A stretch of 64,000 nucleotides of DNA from an uncultured Acetatifactor sp. (GTDB taxonomy: Bacteria; Bacillota; Clostridia; Lachnospirales; Lachnospiraceae), in contig CAZGVI010000013.1 in NCBI GenBank assembly GCA_964529395.1, forward strand, positions 5,147 through 69,146. Direction: 5' to 3'. Shown piece by piece: positions 55,253-64,000 of the stretch (position 1 is the first letter of the stretch; every line of letters begins with the position of its first letter). A model generated the notes under the pieces. It searched no databases. It was not told the DNA's origin and worked only from the letters and a program-made list of their open reading frames with translations. The position numbers were made by a program, and so were the translations under genes.

Positions 55253-56092
55253 TTACCTGGCGATTCCCTGGCGGATCCGCTCAAAGCAGCGGTTCAGCAT
55301 CTCCACATCCACACGGCCGCTCTCGTCAAAGGCCGTAGCCTCCACGGTAAAACTGCCATCGTATTCCGTCCGCCGTATAAACTCAAAAAACGCGTCAAAA
55401 TCCACATGCCCCGCCCCGATGGGCAAAACGGCCCTGCCGATGGTGCTGCCCCAGTCCATATAGCCCCCGCCGTAGTCGTTCACATGGTAGTGACGGATAT
55501 GGCCCTGCTGCCAGAGCCAGGCATATTCCTGCCGATACAGCTGGGTTTCCTCCCGATGGAACGCCGCCATCTTGGTATCCCACACAAAATGGATATCCGG
55601 GTATTCCTTCGCCAGCTGACAGAGGTGTTTCAGCGGATTTTCCCGGTTGCACACCACATTTTCCACCAGCAGGTCCAGCCCATATCCGGCCGCAACGTCC
55701 CACAATATGGGATAGGCCTTCAGATGGTTTTCAAAATGCTGGTCCGAGGCCATGCCGCCCCACAGATGGATCACCAGCGATCTGGCGCCGATCCGGCGGG
55801 CAAGCTCGCAGTTGATCCGAAATTTTTCCGCGGCCCCGCTGTCCGCCTGGGCTATATCTTCTCCCTGGCTTACACTCTCCCCGATGCGCTTGTCGCAGTG
55901 GACTACCGGCATATACAGACCCAGACCGGCCAGATAGTCCGCCAATACCTCCCACTCTTCATACCAGGAACTGTACACCATAAATTCATATCCGTCGCAC
56001 TTAAGCTCACCCGCCAGTTTCTGTATTATATGGTAGTCCCTGTTGTTCGCCTTACCGATCAATGCCCCTGTGGAACACAAAATCTCAGCCAT
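55253..56092 (-). CDS. Sugar-phosphate isomerase/epimerase family (AP endonuclease 2 TIM barrel) protein
   Basis: LLVEN, WDTK, HYHVND, GHVDF, FTVE metal-ligand pattern; start MAEIL at 56092. Confidence 0.8.
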   Translation of the reverse strand: MAEILCSTGALIGKANNRDYHIIQKLAGELKCDGYEFMVYSSWYEEWEVLADYLAGLGLYMPVVHCDKRIGESVSQGEDIAQADSGAAEKFRINCELARRIGARSLVIHLWGGMASDQHFENHLKAYPILWDVAAGYGLDLLVENVVCNRENPLKHLCQLAKEYPDIHFVWDTKMAAFHREETQLYRQEYAWLWQQGHIRHYHVNDYGGGYMDWGSTIGRAVLPIGAGHVDFDAFFEFIRRTEYDGSFTVEATAFDESGRVDVEMLNRCFERIRQGIAR

Positions 56093-56101
56093 CTTCTCTC
56101 T

Positions 56102-56200
56102 CCCTTTCCTGTGCCCGTCTTCTTCTCTGCGCCCGTTTTTTCTCTGCACTTGCTTTCCTCTCTGCGCCTGTTTTCTTCTCTGTGCCTATTTTTCCTCTGT
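56102..56200 (-). repeat. Degenerate ~18-bp purine-rich tandem repeat (5 units plus a partial)
   Basis: acagaggaaaaatagg / cacagagaagaaaacagg / cgcagagaggaaagcaag / tgcagagaaaaaacggg / cgcagagaagaagacggg. Confidence 0.75.
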
Positions 56201-56258
56201 TTCGCGCATCGCCGTCTTCACCTGGTTTCAGCCCCTTTTAGAACCCTTGGGAGTGCGG

Positions 56259-56909
56259 CTATCTGTCCGCGCGCCCGGACTTCCCCCACAGCAGGATTTC
56301 CCACAACTCCTGAAAATCCTTTACCTGACGGCCCTCATACTCCTCGCCGTCCCGGTTAAAATGCACCGTATCTATCCCCAGCTCCCGCGCGGCTCGCAGA
56401 TTGGCCGCAGAATTGTCCACAAAGATACACCTCCCGGCGGCGCAGCCCAGACGTTCCAGCGTATATTGAAAAATACCCCTCTGGGGCTTTGTCATATGTA
56501 CCCGCCCGCTGACCACCGCATCTTCAAAATACCTGTCTAATCCGTGCAGTTCCATCAGATAAGCATTCCACTGTGCCACATCATTGGACAGCAGCACAAG
56601 ACTGTCCTGGGGATACGTTTTTTTCCACCCCTCCGCAAAGGGCTTGAATCCTTCATCCAGGGTGAGCCAATGTTCCAGATAATCCGCCATGGCCTGTGCC
56701 GGGTCCACGTAGCCCAGCCGCGCCAAAAACTCCTCTGAGCTGATCTCTCCGTTTTGTGCCTGATCAAACAGTTTTTCCTCTCGGATCGCCCGGAGCAGCC
56801 GCCCGTGCTCCGCCGCCGGAAAGTGCGCCAGAGTATAGGGGATGAAATTCCCCCTGCTCTCTTTGAGGATCACACCGTACATGTCAATCAGCAACACTCT
56901 TTTTTCCAT
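56259..56909 (-). CDS. HAD-superfamily phosphatase
   Basis: LLIDMYGVI motif I, LLSND, MTKP, IFVDNS. Confidence 0.88.
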   Translation of the reverse strand: MEKRVLLIDMYGVILKESRGNFIPYTLAHFPAAEHGRLLRAIREEKLFDQAQNGEISSEEFLARLGYVDPAQAMADYLEHWLTLDEGFKPFAEGWKKTYPQDSLVLLSNDVAQWNAYLMELHGLDRYFEDAVVSGRVHMTKPQRGIFQYTLERLGCAAGRCIFVDNSAANLRAARELGIDTVHFNRDGEEYEGRQVKDFQELWEILLWGKSGRADR

Positions 56910-58011
56910 AGGTGATCATATGTCCTTTCACAAAGCTGTAACCCGCCGTCTCATGTTCTCGGAAAAACCCGGTGATGATCCGGTTGCGGTCGCAGTACTG
57001 CTGGGCCTCCCGCCGATCCAGGCCGTGGGACAGCAGATGGAGGATCACCTGTTCCCTCTCCCGGTCAGTCAATCCTGTGTTCCAGTCATTGTAATCCAGA
57101 AAATCCCTCTTTTTTTCCTCATACTCCGGCATATCCGGCGTCACCAGCTCCACCCGGTCATTCATCCGCACATTCACGTCCCGCAGGCCCAGCCGTCTCA
57201 TGATATGAGCCGTGCGCATGGCGATCGCGTAATCTCTGCCCTGCTTTTCCAGCTCCATGGCCCACTTTTTCTCCAGACCGTCATGTCTGCAAAGCGCCTG
57301 GTAATCCATGCCGTCTATATACAGGCCGTCACACTCAAACTCCCGGTTGGCGTCGATACAGATCACCATACCGCCGGGGTTCGTAAACCGTATCATCCGA
57401 CGGATAAAGCCCTCCGGATCGTCCAGATGCCGCAGCACGGCCTGACAGATCACCACATCGTACTGCCGCCTGCTCTTCCAGGCGAGAACATCTTCCTGGA
57501 TAAACTCGGCCGCCATCCCCCGTTCCCGAAAGATCTCCCGCCCTGTGGCGATCAGATCCCCGGCAAAATCAATGCCGGTATAGGTACTGCCCGGCGCCAG
57601 GCAGGGGAGCAGCAACAGGCCCAGATACCCATACCCGCAGCCGCAGTCCAACAGAGATACCGGCTCTGTGAGTCTCCATACTTTTTTTACCAGAAAATCC
57701 ACATAGTCCTCATTGTAGTAGCCCTTTCGGGTGCGCAGCAGATACTCCCGTTTATGATTCCAGAAATCTCCCGTGCCTGTCCGTTCCGGCACATAGGCCT
57801 CCCCCTCCAGAGGAGTCAGACCCAGCAACTGGTCCACAGACACCTGAAAATATTCCGCCAATACCGCCAGCAGGGACAGCTCCGGTTCCCCCGCTCCCGT
57901 CTCCCACCGGCTCACCGTCTGGTAGGACACTCCCACCTGGTCGGCCAACTCCTGCTGGGTGATCTTTTTCTGCCGCCGCAGATCCCCGATCCGTAAATGT
58001 ATCTGCGTCAT
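56884..58011 (-). CDS. XRE-family HTH fused to a class I SAM-dependent methyltransferase
   Basis: ITQQELADQVGVSYQTVSRWETG; LLDCGCGYG; YDVVICQAVLRHL; start at 58011 after GGGAGG. Confidence 0.85.
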   Translation of the reverse strand: MTQIHLRIGDLRRQKKITQQELADQVGVSYQTVSRWETGAGEPELSLLAVLAEYFQVSVDQLLGLTPLEGEAYVPERTGTGDFWNHKREYLLRTRKGYYNEDYVDFLVKKVWRLTEPVSLLDCGCGYGYLGLLLLPCLAPGSTYTGIDFAGDLIATGREIFRERGMAAEFIQEDVLAWKSRRQYDVVICQAVLRHLDDPEGFIRRMIRFTNPGGMVICIDANREFECDGLYIDGMDYQALCRHDGLEKKWAMELEKQGRDYAIAMRTAHIMRRLGLRDVNVRMNDRVELVTPDMPEYEEKKRDFLDYNDWNTGLTDREREQVILHLLSHGLDRREAQQYCDRNRIITGFFREHETAGYSFVKGHMITYGKKSVAD

Positions 58012-58188
58012 CGCCCGTTCCTCCCATCGGATCTTATATTTTATTCTCATAAACAACCGGTCAGACAGATCGGTTTGTTCCGGAGTATTTCCCTTATTAT
58101 ATCAAAAACGGGCAATCCTGTATTGCGCAAATATTCAGAATGCTTTCTAATGTTTTAAGAATCCTGCCTGCCACTGCCTTCTTTCATT

Positions 58189-60048
58189 TCAGTGCTCAGG
58201 ATAATGGTCATACGGTCCGTAGAGACTCATACCTTTGCCGATCGTATCCGACACGGTATACTCATAATATGTACCCTGATCTGTCCGAAGGACACAATCT
58301 CCCTCCCAGGGCCAGACGATCTCTTCCACCTTACTGCCCCGGGCAGCTTCCGAGCGCTCAAAATACCATATCAGAATTTCCTCCATGGTCATCTTATCGT
58401 ATCCCGGCGGTGTGACATACTGTTTTACAGGAGAAAACCATACGTCCATATCCGTGGAATAGCCTATATGTTCAATGACGCCGGTACCCCCGAACAACTG
58501 ATTGTAATATCTGTCAAAGAATATCCTGTCATGCTCCAGATCCTCCGGTGTCAACGCAAAGGAATATCCCCCCAGCTCTGACACGCTGTAGCAGACTTCC
58601 CCGATCTCGGTCCCCGTCCACTGCTCCAGCTCTCGCAGGGCCTGGCAGGCCCAGTACAGGATCTCCCGGGAATAGGGCTGCTCCTGGGCGGAAAGGGACC
58701 AGGAAGTTTCCACAAAGGTCAGCTTCCTCTCTGTATCTCCCTCCCATATCTCCGCCACCGGACGGTGATCCTCGTCAAAATACCACAGGATCTTAGCGTC
58801 CCAACTGTCATATATGGATTCCGACTCCAGGGACAGCGTCTGCCCCTCTGTATTCTCCCGATCCACCGGAAACTCACCGGGAGTCTCCATCTGCCGCCCG
58901 GAACCGGTTCTGTCATATCCGACCCGCGCTTTGCCCAAACCGTTCGTCCTGTCTGTCTCCGGGGAATCCCCGCCGCTGTAAGCATTGCTGGTAAAAGCGA
59001 CCAGCGCCATTGCGGTAAACAACAATATTACCGACACTGCCGTACCAGCCGCCATCCTGGGCACAGCCGTCAATGCGGATAATCGCTCTCGCAACTGTCT
59101 CTTTGTAGCCGACATGGAGGTGGCCAGACTCATGGCCCGGGGCATTGCCGGCCTTATCCCCGCCGACAATGCCAGCAGAGCCTCTCCATACTCGCCGCGG
59201 TTCTCCACACCCATTCTTCGGAGTACCCCCTCGTCACAGGCCAGCTCCCCGTCCTGCCGGGACAGATTTACCGCCGCCCATACCAGCGGATTGTACCAAT
59301 GGATACACAGGCAGAGCGAACGAATCACCGACCAGATATGATCCCTCTGCCGGTAATGCGTCTGCTCATGGCACAGCACCGTGGCAAACAGCCTGGGGTC
59401 TTCCGCCACCGAAGGCGTTATATAGACAGCGGGAAAAAACAGACCGTACATGCAGGGCGAGCCGATCTGATCGGTCACATATACCGGCAGCATCTTCTTT
59501 TCGTCCCATTTGCCCGGCGTTTCCACAGGCCGCCTGCTCCTGCGCACCTTACAGCGGAATACCCCATTGACTACGGCCAGCCAGAGCGCCAGTACGCAGG
59601 TCCCCGTTATCCATATATATCCGGCAGCGGCCCTTATTCCCAATTTCGCCCTGTGGGCGCTTTCTTCCTCTCCGCCTGTGATGTTTTTACGCCCAGCCCG
59701 GCAATGACCCTGTGCATCCACCGCCTGCGCATTTGAATCAGCCGCCCCATATGTATGTTCTCCGGCAGCGGACGTCTGACGGGAATCCTCCTCCAAGCGC
59801 ACGTTTACCGGCAAGGCTATATCGCTCAGATCCACCATATTTTCCCCATCACGCTCCGTGTGGATCTCCGGTAACAGGTCGCCCACGCCCAGAGGACTTT
59901 GAATCGGCGATACCGGTATCAGCAGACGCATCGCTGCCAGCAGCCACAGACCGTACTGTAACCGGCGGCTTACCCGCCCCTTGAGAAAATATCTGCTCAC
60001 TATAATTGCCGCTATAAGTATGCTTGACGATACGATCCATTTAAGCAT
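58189..60048 (-). CDS. BlaR1/MecR1-like M56 peptidase with unrecognised C-terminal extracellular domain
   Basis: 4 TM, SPCMYGLFFPAVY, HEQTH zinc motif, HWYNPLVW, DGELACDE; no penicillin-binding SxxK domain recognised. Confidence 0.88.
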   Translation of the reverse strand: MLKWIVSSSILIAAIIVSRYFLKGRVSRRLQYGLWLLAAMRLLIPVSPIQSPLGVGDLLPEIHTERDGENMVDLSDIALPVNVRLEEDSRQTSAAGEHTYGAADSNAQAVDAQGHCRAGRKNITGGEEESAHRAKLGIRAAAGYIWITGTCVLALWLAVVNGVFRCKVRRSRRPVETPGKWDEKKMLPVYVTDQIGSPCMYGLFFPAVYITPSVAEDPRLFATVLCHEQTHYRQRDHIWSVIRSLCLCIHWYNPLVWAAVNLSRQDGELACDEGVLRRMGVENRGEYGEALLALSAGIRPAMPRAMSLATSMSATKRQLRERLSALTAVPRMAAGTAVSVILLFTAMALVAFTSNAYSGGDSPETDRTNGLGKARVGYDRTGSGRQMETPGEFPVDRENTEGQTLSLESESIYDSWDAKILWYFDEDHRPVAEIWEGDTERKLTFVETSWSLSAQEQPYSREILYWACQALRELEQWTGTEIGEVCYSVSELGGYSFALTPEDLEHDRIFFDRYYNQLFGGTGVIEHIGYSTDMDVWFSPVKQYVTPPGYDKMTMEEILIWYFERSEAARGSKVEEIVWPWEGDCVLRTDQGTYYEYTVSDTIGKGMSLYGPYDHYPEH

Positions 60049-60079
60049 CCTGCTACTCCTCTTTTCCTAAATACGTGTA

Positions 60080-60448
60080 TTACTTTTCCTCCGCCCGGTC
60101 CAGGATCCTGCGCAGTTCATCGATCTCCTCCCGGCTCAGGGACTCTTTTTCCACAAAATGATTCACCAGCATACTCAGACTTCCGTGATATACCCGCTCC
60201 AGAAAACTTTGCGTCTCCTTCCCTGCCGCCTCCCGGCGCTCCAGCAGCGGCCGGTAAGTCTTCATATCCTCTCCTTCTTCGCAGAGGATCAGCCCTTTGT
60301 CCGTCATGCGCCGGAGCATGGTCAGAGTGGTGCTGCGGCTCCAACCCACACTTTTCTTTAGATCGGCCACGATCCGGCTACCCACTTTAGGACTGCCCTC
60401 CCACAGACTTTCCATCACATGCCATTCGGCTGTACTCAACTCTCTCAT
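60080..60448 (-). CDS. blaI: BlaI/MecI/CopY family repressor
   Basis: LSTAEWHVMESLW..WSRSTTLTMLRRMTDKG..YHGSLSMLVNHF..LSREEIDELRRIL. Confidence 0.92.
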   Translation of the reverse strand: MRELSTAEWHVMESLWEGSPKVGSRIVADLKKSVGWSRSTTLTMLRRMTDKGLILCEEGEDMKTYRPLLERREAAGKETQSFLERVYHGSLSMLVNHFVEKESLSREEIDELRRILDRAEEK

Positions 60449-60614
60449 GTTTTCCCCATTCCCGCGGATCGCCTGCCCTGTCAGTGATATCGCGTTTTCG
60501 GTATTTTCGGATAAATTGTTTCTAAGTTATACCACGATTTTGTGCGCTTTAGCGCACTCTTCATTCAGAAGAGTTAAATGCGGAGCATTTTACTCATTGT
60601 AACATACCATAAAA

Positions 60615-60631
60615 TGTTTACTATGTAAACA
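60615..60631. promoter_or_regulatory. Probable BlaI operator overlapping the blaI -35 box
   Basis: Palindrome TGTTTAC-TAT-GTAAACA; minus-strand TTTACA - 17 bp - TATGTT. Confidence 0.6.
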
Positions 60632-60728
60632 ATAAATTTCTTTCTCATTGCGTTTTCATACTTACGGCGGTATAATAAAGACAAGAAACTGAGGTTTATC
60701 TGCCCCGGATTTTAGGAAAGGTGTAAAT

Positions 60729-61397
60729 ATGATGTATCGAGTTATGATAGTTGAAGACGACGACGTCATACGGGACGAGCTGACACTGCTGTTGGAGAAT
60801 GAGGGATACTGCCCTCTGCCGGTAAAGGATTTCACGGATGTTGTCAGGCAGGCGATCGCAAATTCCCCGGATCTCATATTGTTGGATATCAACCTGCCCA
60901 AGCGGGATGGGTTTTCCCTGTGCGCCGCTCTCCGCAGAAAGGTGAACGCACCTATTATCTTTGTCACCAGCCGGGATTCCAGTCTGGATGAAATACAGGC
61001 GCTGAGCCTGGGTGGGGACGATTATATCACAAAGCCTTACAATATACCCGTATTGCTGGCCAGGATCAAAACCGCTCTGCGCAGAAAGAGTAAAAGTTTG
61101 GATGCGGAGATCATTGAGACTGGCGGACTGACGCTGAACCTTGTGAAAGGAACCCTATCCAACGGACAGGATACCCTCCAGCTGACTCGAAATGAACTGC
61201 GGATCCTGGCCTGCCTGATGAGCCGTCCGGGAGAGATCGTTTCCCGCGCGGAATTGATCGAAACACTGTGGGATAATCAGGTCTACATAGAGGACAATAC
61301 CCTAAGTGTAAATGTGAACCGCCTTCGAGACAAACTGAAGAGTCTTGGACTGCAGGATCTGATCAAGGTCCGCAGGGGAATGGGGTATCAGATATGA
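60729..61397 (+). CDS. OmpR-family response regulator (BceR/GraR-like)
   Basis: IVEDD, LLDINLP, DDYITKP, C-terminal wHTH (NTLSVNVNRLR..RRGMGY). Confidence 0.92.
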   Translation: MMYRVMIVEDDDVIRDELTLLLENEGYCPLPVKDFTDVVRQAIANSPDLILLDINLPKRDGFSLCAALRRKVNAPIIFVTSRDSSLDEIQALSLGGDDYITKPYNIPVLLARIKTALRRKSKSLDAEIIETGGLTLNLVKGTLSNGQDTLQLTRNELRILACLMSRPGEIVSRAELIETLWDNQVYIEDNTLSVNVNRLRDKLKSLGLQDLIKVRRGMGYQI

Positions 61398-62368
61398 CGT
61401 TACGGGGATTTGTACTTCATACTGTTTTTGCAGCCGCGGCAGCGGTGTTCCTGTTGGCTACCGGAACGAGGGCAGGAATCGTAGCGCTATTGCTGATCGT
61501 CTGGGCCGCAGTCTTTTTATGCGCCTGGATGGCGGCTTATCTTCGCCGCCGCAACAGGCTTCGGGAACTGGAAAACATAATGAACGGACTGGACAAAAAA
61601 TACCTGTTTTTTGAGTGTATCCCTCCTGCTCCTGACGCCTATGAGCGCAGGCTGCTGGCCCTGTTTCACAGAGCGGGAAAGTCCATGATCGAGACGGTGT
61701 CCGACGCGCAGGAGGCCGGGCGGGAATACCGGGAGTATGTGGAAAGCTGGGTACATGAGATCAAGACGCCTATCACGGCGGCAAGGCTGATCTGCCGTAA
61801 CGCCGAGCCAGCCCTGGGGCAAAAACTTACACGGGAGCTGGCGCAGATCGAGGCCCACGTGGAAAGGGCGCTGTATTATGCCCGGGCGGAGAGCCCGGAA
61901 AAAGATTTTATCATTCGGCAGACAGATCTTGCGGATATTGTGTCCCAGGCGCTCAGCCAGCACAAAACTCTTCTCATAGCAAGCGGTGTGCGGGTGGAGA
62001 CAAAGGATCTGGAACATACCGTATATACCGACGGCAAATGGGCTGTCTTTATTTTGGGACAACTGCTGCAAAATGCCGCCCGCTATCATGGAGACGAGCC
62101 TGTGATCACATTGTCCGCCCGGTTGCTTGGACAGCAGGTACAGCTTGCCGTCCACGACAATGGGATCGGGATCCCTGCCCATGAACTGGCCCGTGTTTTT
62201 GACCGGGGATTTACCGGCAGCAACGGACGCAGCCGGGGCGGCTCCACAGGAATGGGGCTGTATCTGTGCCGCAAATTGGCGGACAGCCTGGGGATGGATC
62301 TGCGGATTGTTTCTGTGAAGGGCGCGGAAACCACTGCGCTGCTCACTTTTCCTGCAAAATCTCTATAA
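61394..62368 (+). CDS. Intramembrane-sensing histidine kinase (BceS/GraS-like)
   Basis: Two adjacent TMs, WVHEIKTPI H-box, QLLQNAARY, STGMGLYL; 4-bp overlap with the regulator. Confidence 0.9.
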   Translation: MTLRGFVLHTVFAAAAAVFLLATGTRAGIVALLLIVWAAVFLCAWMAAYLRRRNRLRELENIMNGLDKKYLFFECIPPAPDAYERRLLALFHRAGKSMIETVSDAQEAGREYREYVESWVHEIKTPITAARLICRNAEPALGQKLTRELAQIEAHVERALYYARAESPEKDFIIRQTDLADIVSQALSQHKTLLIASGVRVETKDLEHTVYTDGKWAVFILGQLLQNAARYHGDEPVITLSARLLGQQVQLAVHDNGIGIPAHELARVFDRGFTGSNGRSRGGSTGMGLYLCRKLADSLGMDLRIVSVKGAETTALLTFPAKSL

Positions 62369-63254
62369 AACGGTTAAACTGAATCCGGCTATATACATAT
62401 TTTCCCTCGATCTCTTCGACTTCCTCCCACTCGATCTCCCTGTATGCCATGCTTTCGTTTTCTTCGACATAATAGCCGGGATAGTCATTTTCTGTAGAAT
62501 AATAAATACTGCCATTATAAAAATGGACGGCCTCTATCAACTTCATCTCTGTTCCCTCATAAGTATAATAGATATCCACCGAGTCCGCCGCTCCGTCAGA
62601 GCCCTCGTTGGCTATACTGCCGTCTTCACAGAGATAATAACGGTTGCGCTCTCCCCCCGAAAATACATGTACCAGCTCTCCGTCCGCAATGGTATAAAGG
62701 TCATATATTACACCATTCCATGCGCCGCTGCCGTTTTCTCCAAAGATCAGCTCTTCTATTCCATTCCCGTCCAGATCAAGAAGAGTATATCCCGCTGATT
62801 CATAAATTTTATAGAATGCATATATATAACACAAGGAAAAATTGAAATTATCCTCTATTTCATCTTCAAAATAGTCTTCACGGCCAATTAACGCATTCTG
62901 CGCTTTCTCGATCAGCGCATCATATTCTGAATATCCAGTGCTGATCTCGGGAATCACTATATTCTCCGGTTCAGAACTGTCTGCACTCTCCGGCTCGGAA
63001 CTGTCCGCACTCTCCGGCTCTGCGTCGTCTGTACCTTCCGGCTCAGAACTGTCTGCACTCTCCGGCTCTGCGTCGTCTGTGCTTTCCGGTTCGGAACTGT
63101 CTGCACTCTCCGCTGCGGCGCTGTCTGTACTCTCAGCTGCGGCATCCTGCCTGTCCGCGTTAGAGCAAGCGCTCAATGCCGCGCAGGCGACGACAGTTAT
63201 TGCCGCCGCCAGAAACATGGCTTTTTTTAAAAATGCAGATATAGATCTATTCAT
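62343..63254 (-). CDS. Hypothetical lipoprotein with 8-aa tandem-repeat stalk
   Basis: Lipobox ALSAC; (ESADSSEP)-type repeats; DLDGNGIEEL Ca-binding-like motif; start at 63254 after GGAG. Confidence 0.8.
   Translation of the reverse strand: MNRSISAFLKKAMFLAAAITVVACAALSACSNADRQDAAAESTDSAAAESADSSEPESTDDAEPESADSSEPEGTDDAEPESADSSEPESADSSEPENIVIPEISTGYSEYDALIEKAQNALIGREDYFEDEIEDNFNFSLCYIYAFYKIYESAGYTLLDLDGNGIEELIFGENGSGAWNGVIYDLYTIADGELVHVFSGGERNRYYLCEDGSIANEGSDGAADSVDIYYTYEGTEMKLIEAVHFYNGSIYYSTENDYPGYYVEENESMAYREIEWEEVEEIEGKYVYSRIQFNRFIEILQEK
62967..63134 (-). repeat. 24-bp coding tandem repeat x7
   Basis: ESTDSAAA ESADSSEP ESTDDAEP ESADSSEP EGTDDAEP ESADSSEP ESADSSEP. Confidence 0.9.
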
Positions 63255-63314
63255 ATTCCAATCTCCTTGCATATATATAGACTGCAATATGCAAATCTAA
63301 ATGTCAAGGATTTT

Positions 63315-64000
63315 TTATTGTCTCACAACAGGGATCCAGAGCTCGCAGACCAGGCCTTCCTCACCCTTTTCATAGTAGACCTCATAGTCGGTATCATCTG
63401 TCTGCACATACCCTGTCTGGGGCACAAACTCCTTATAAAATTTGCTCCAAGTCTCGCCGATACAGTCACCGTCCTCTCCAATGCATTTAAATACGGCATA
63501 GTCCATAGGTTTCGTTTCCCAGAGAGTATAACCCTGGGCTAAAAGCGCATCCAGTCCGGAAACATCCGTCTCCCCGTCAATGAGAATGCCTATACCGTAA
63601 TCGAAATGCGTCTCATTTTTTACTGCGGGACTGCACAGCCCGTACAGGTCCTTTTTTCCCTGGGGGCGCAAGGACAGCATGGGTTCTATCAGATTTTTCC
63701 CATAACATTCTCCCCAGAAATCCGGAACGCTGTGATCGTTCTCATCATTGACGATCTCGTTGGGAAACGCTTTCACCATGGCGATAAATTTTTGACTGCT
63801 TTGACTTTCAATTCTGTAATCCATAATGCTACCACCTTCCACTGTTATTTTGATCACAAGAGGGTTGAACAAATGCAGTTGTGTGCCTTTACGCTTAGCC
63901 TGCCTCGGGCTGACTCCATGAAAACGCGAGAAAGCCTTGGAAAAACTTTCAGGCGTATCATAGCCATATTTATATGCCGCATCGATCACCGAGATATCCG
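63315..64000 (-). CDS. AraC-family regulator with GyrI-like effector domain (5' end beyond the window)
   Basis: DAAYKYGYDTPESFSKAFSRFHGVSP AraC signature followed by a GyrI-like domain; frame open to the window edge. Confidence 0.9.
   Translation of the reverse strand, partial: DISVIDAAYKYGYDTPESFSKAFSRFHGVSPRQAKRKGTQLHLFNPLVIKITVEGGSIMDYRIESQSSQKFIAMVKAFPNEIVNDENDHSVPDFWGECYGKNLIEPMLSLRPQGKKDLYGLCSPAVKNETHFDYGIGILIDGETDVSGLDALLAQGYTLWETKPMDYAVFKCIGEDGDCIGETWSKFYKEFVPQTGYVQTDDTDYEVYYEKGEEGLVCELWIPVVRQ

Noticed and set aside
56102-56200. CRISPR array interpretation of the short repeats here (also 43341-43403 and 62967-63134)
   Set aside because: Repeats are directly tandem and degenerate with no unique spacers; no cas genes in the window.

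Overview
Chromosomal segment of a Clostridia bacterium. Gene content and sigma-A promoter style point to a gut Lachnospiraceae (inference). 1-3.5 kb: housekeeping genes (SurA-like protein, pepF). 3.6-14.6 kb: two near-identical Rpn/YhgA-like (PD-(D/E)XK) nuclease units in inverted, outward-facing orientation. Each has its own perfect sigma-A promoter, a conserved structured ~185-nt leader and an internal RBS/ATG for a small C-terminal protein. They bracket an 8.6-kb segment with an ART-like ORF, GH31, GH43, GH51, an ArsR regulator and a GT-C-like membrane protein. 14.6-32.3 kb: arabinan/arabino-oligosaccharide utilisation locus with a LamG lipoprotein, two sugar ABC modules, NHL/Yip1 and DUF5696-like proteins and a surface GH51. 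32-43 kb: hybrid kinase, diguanylate cyclase, GNAT, rhodanese/CoA-disulfide reductase with Crp/Fnr, and an esterase. 43.1-46.5 kb: AT-rich accessory patch with 21-bp phased repeats, an apparently complete type I toxin-antitoxin locus missed by the ORF track, a decayed IS1595 and a 3-gene unit of unknown function. 46.5-64 kb: GH27, SPFH-Arc, tandem secreted paralogs, T-box-thrS, BlaI/BlaR1-like pair, an orphan BceRS-like two-component system, a repeat-containing lipoprotein and a partial AraC. No rRNA, tRNA, CRISPR array or integrase was recognised. Family names come from motif recognition by eye, not from database searches.
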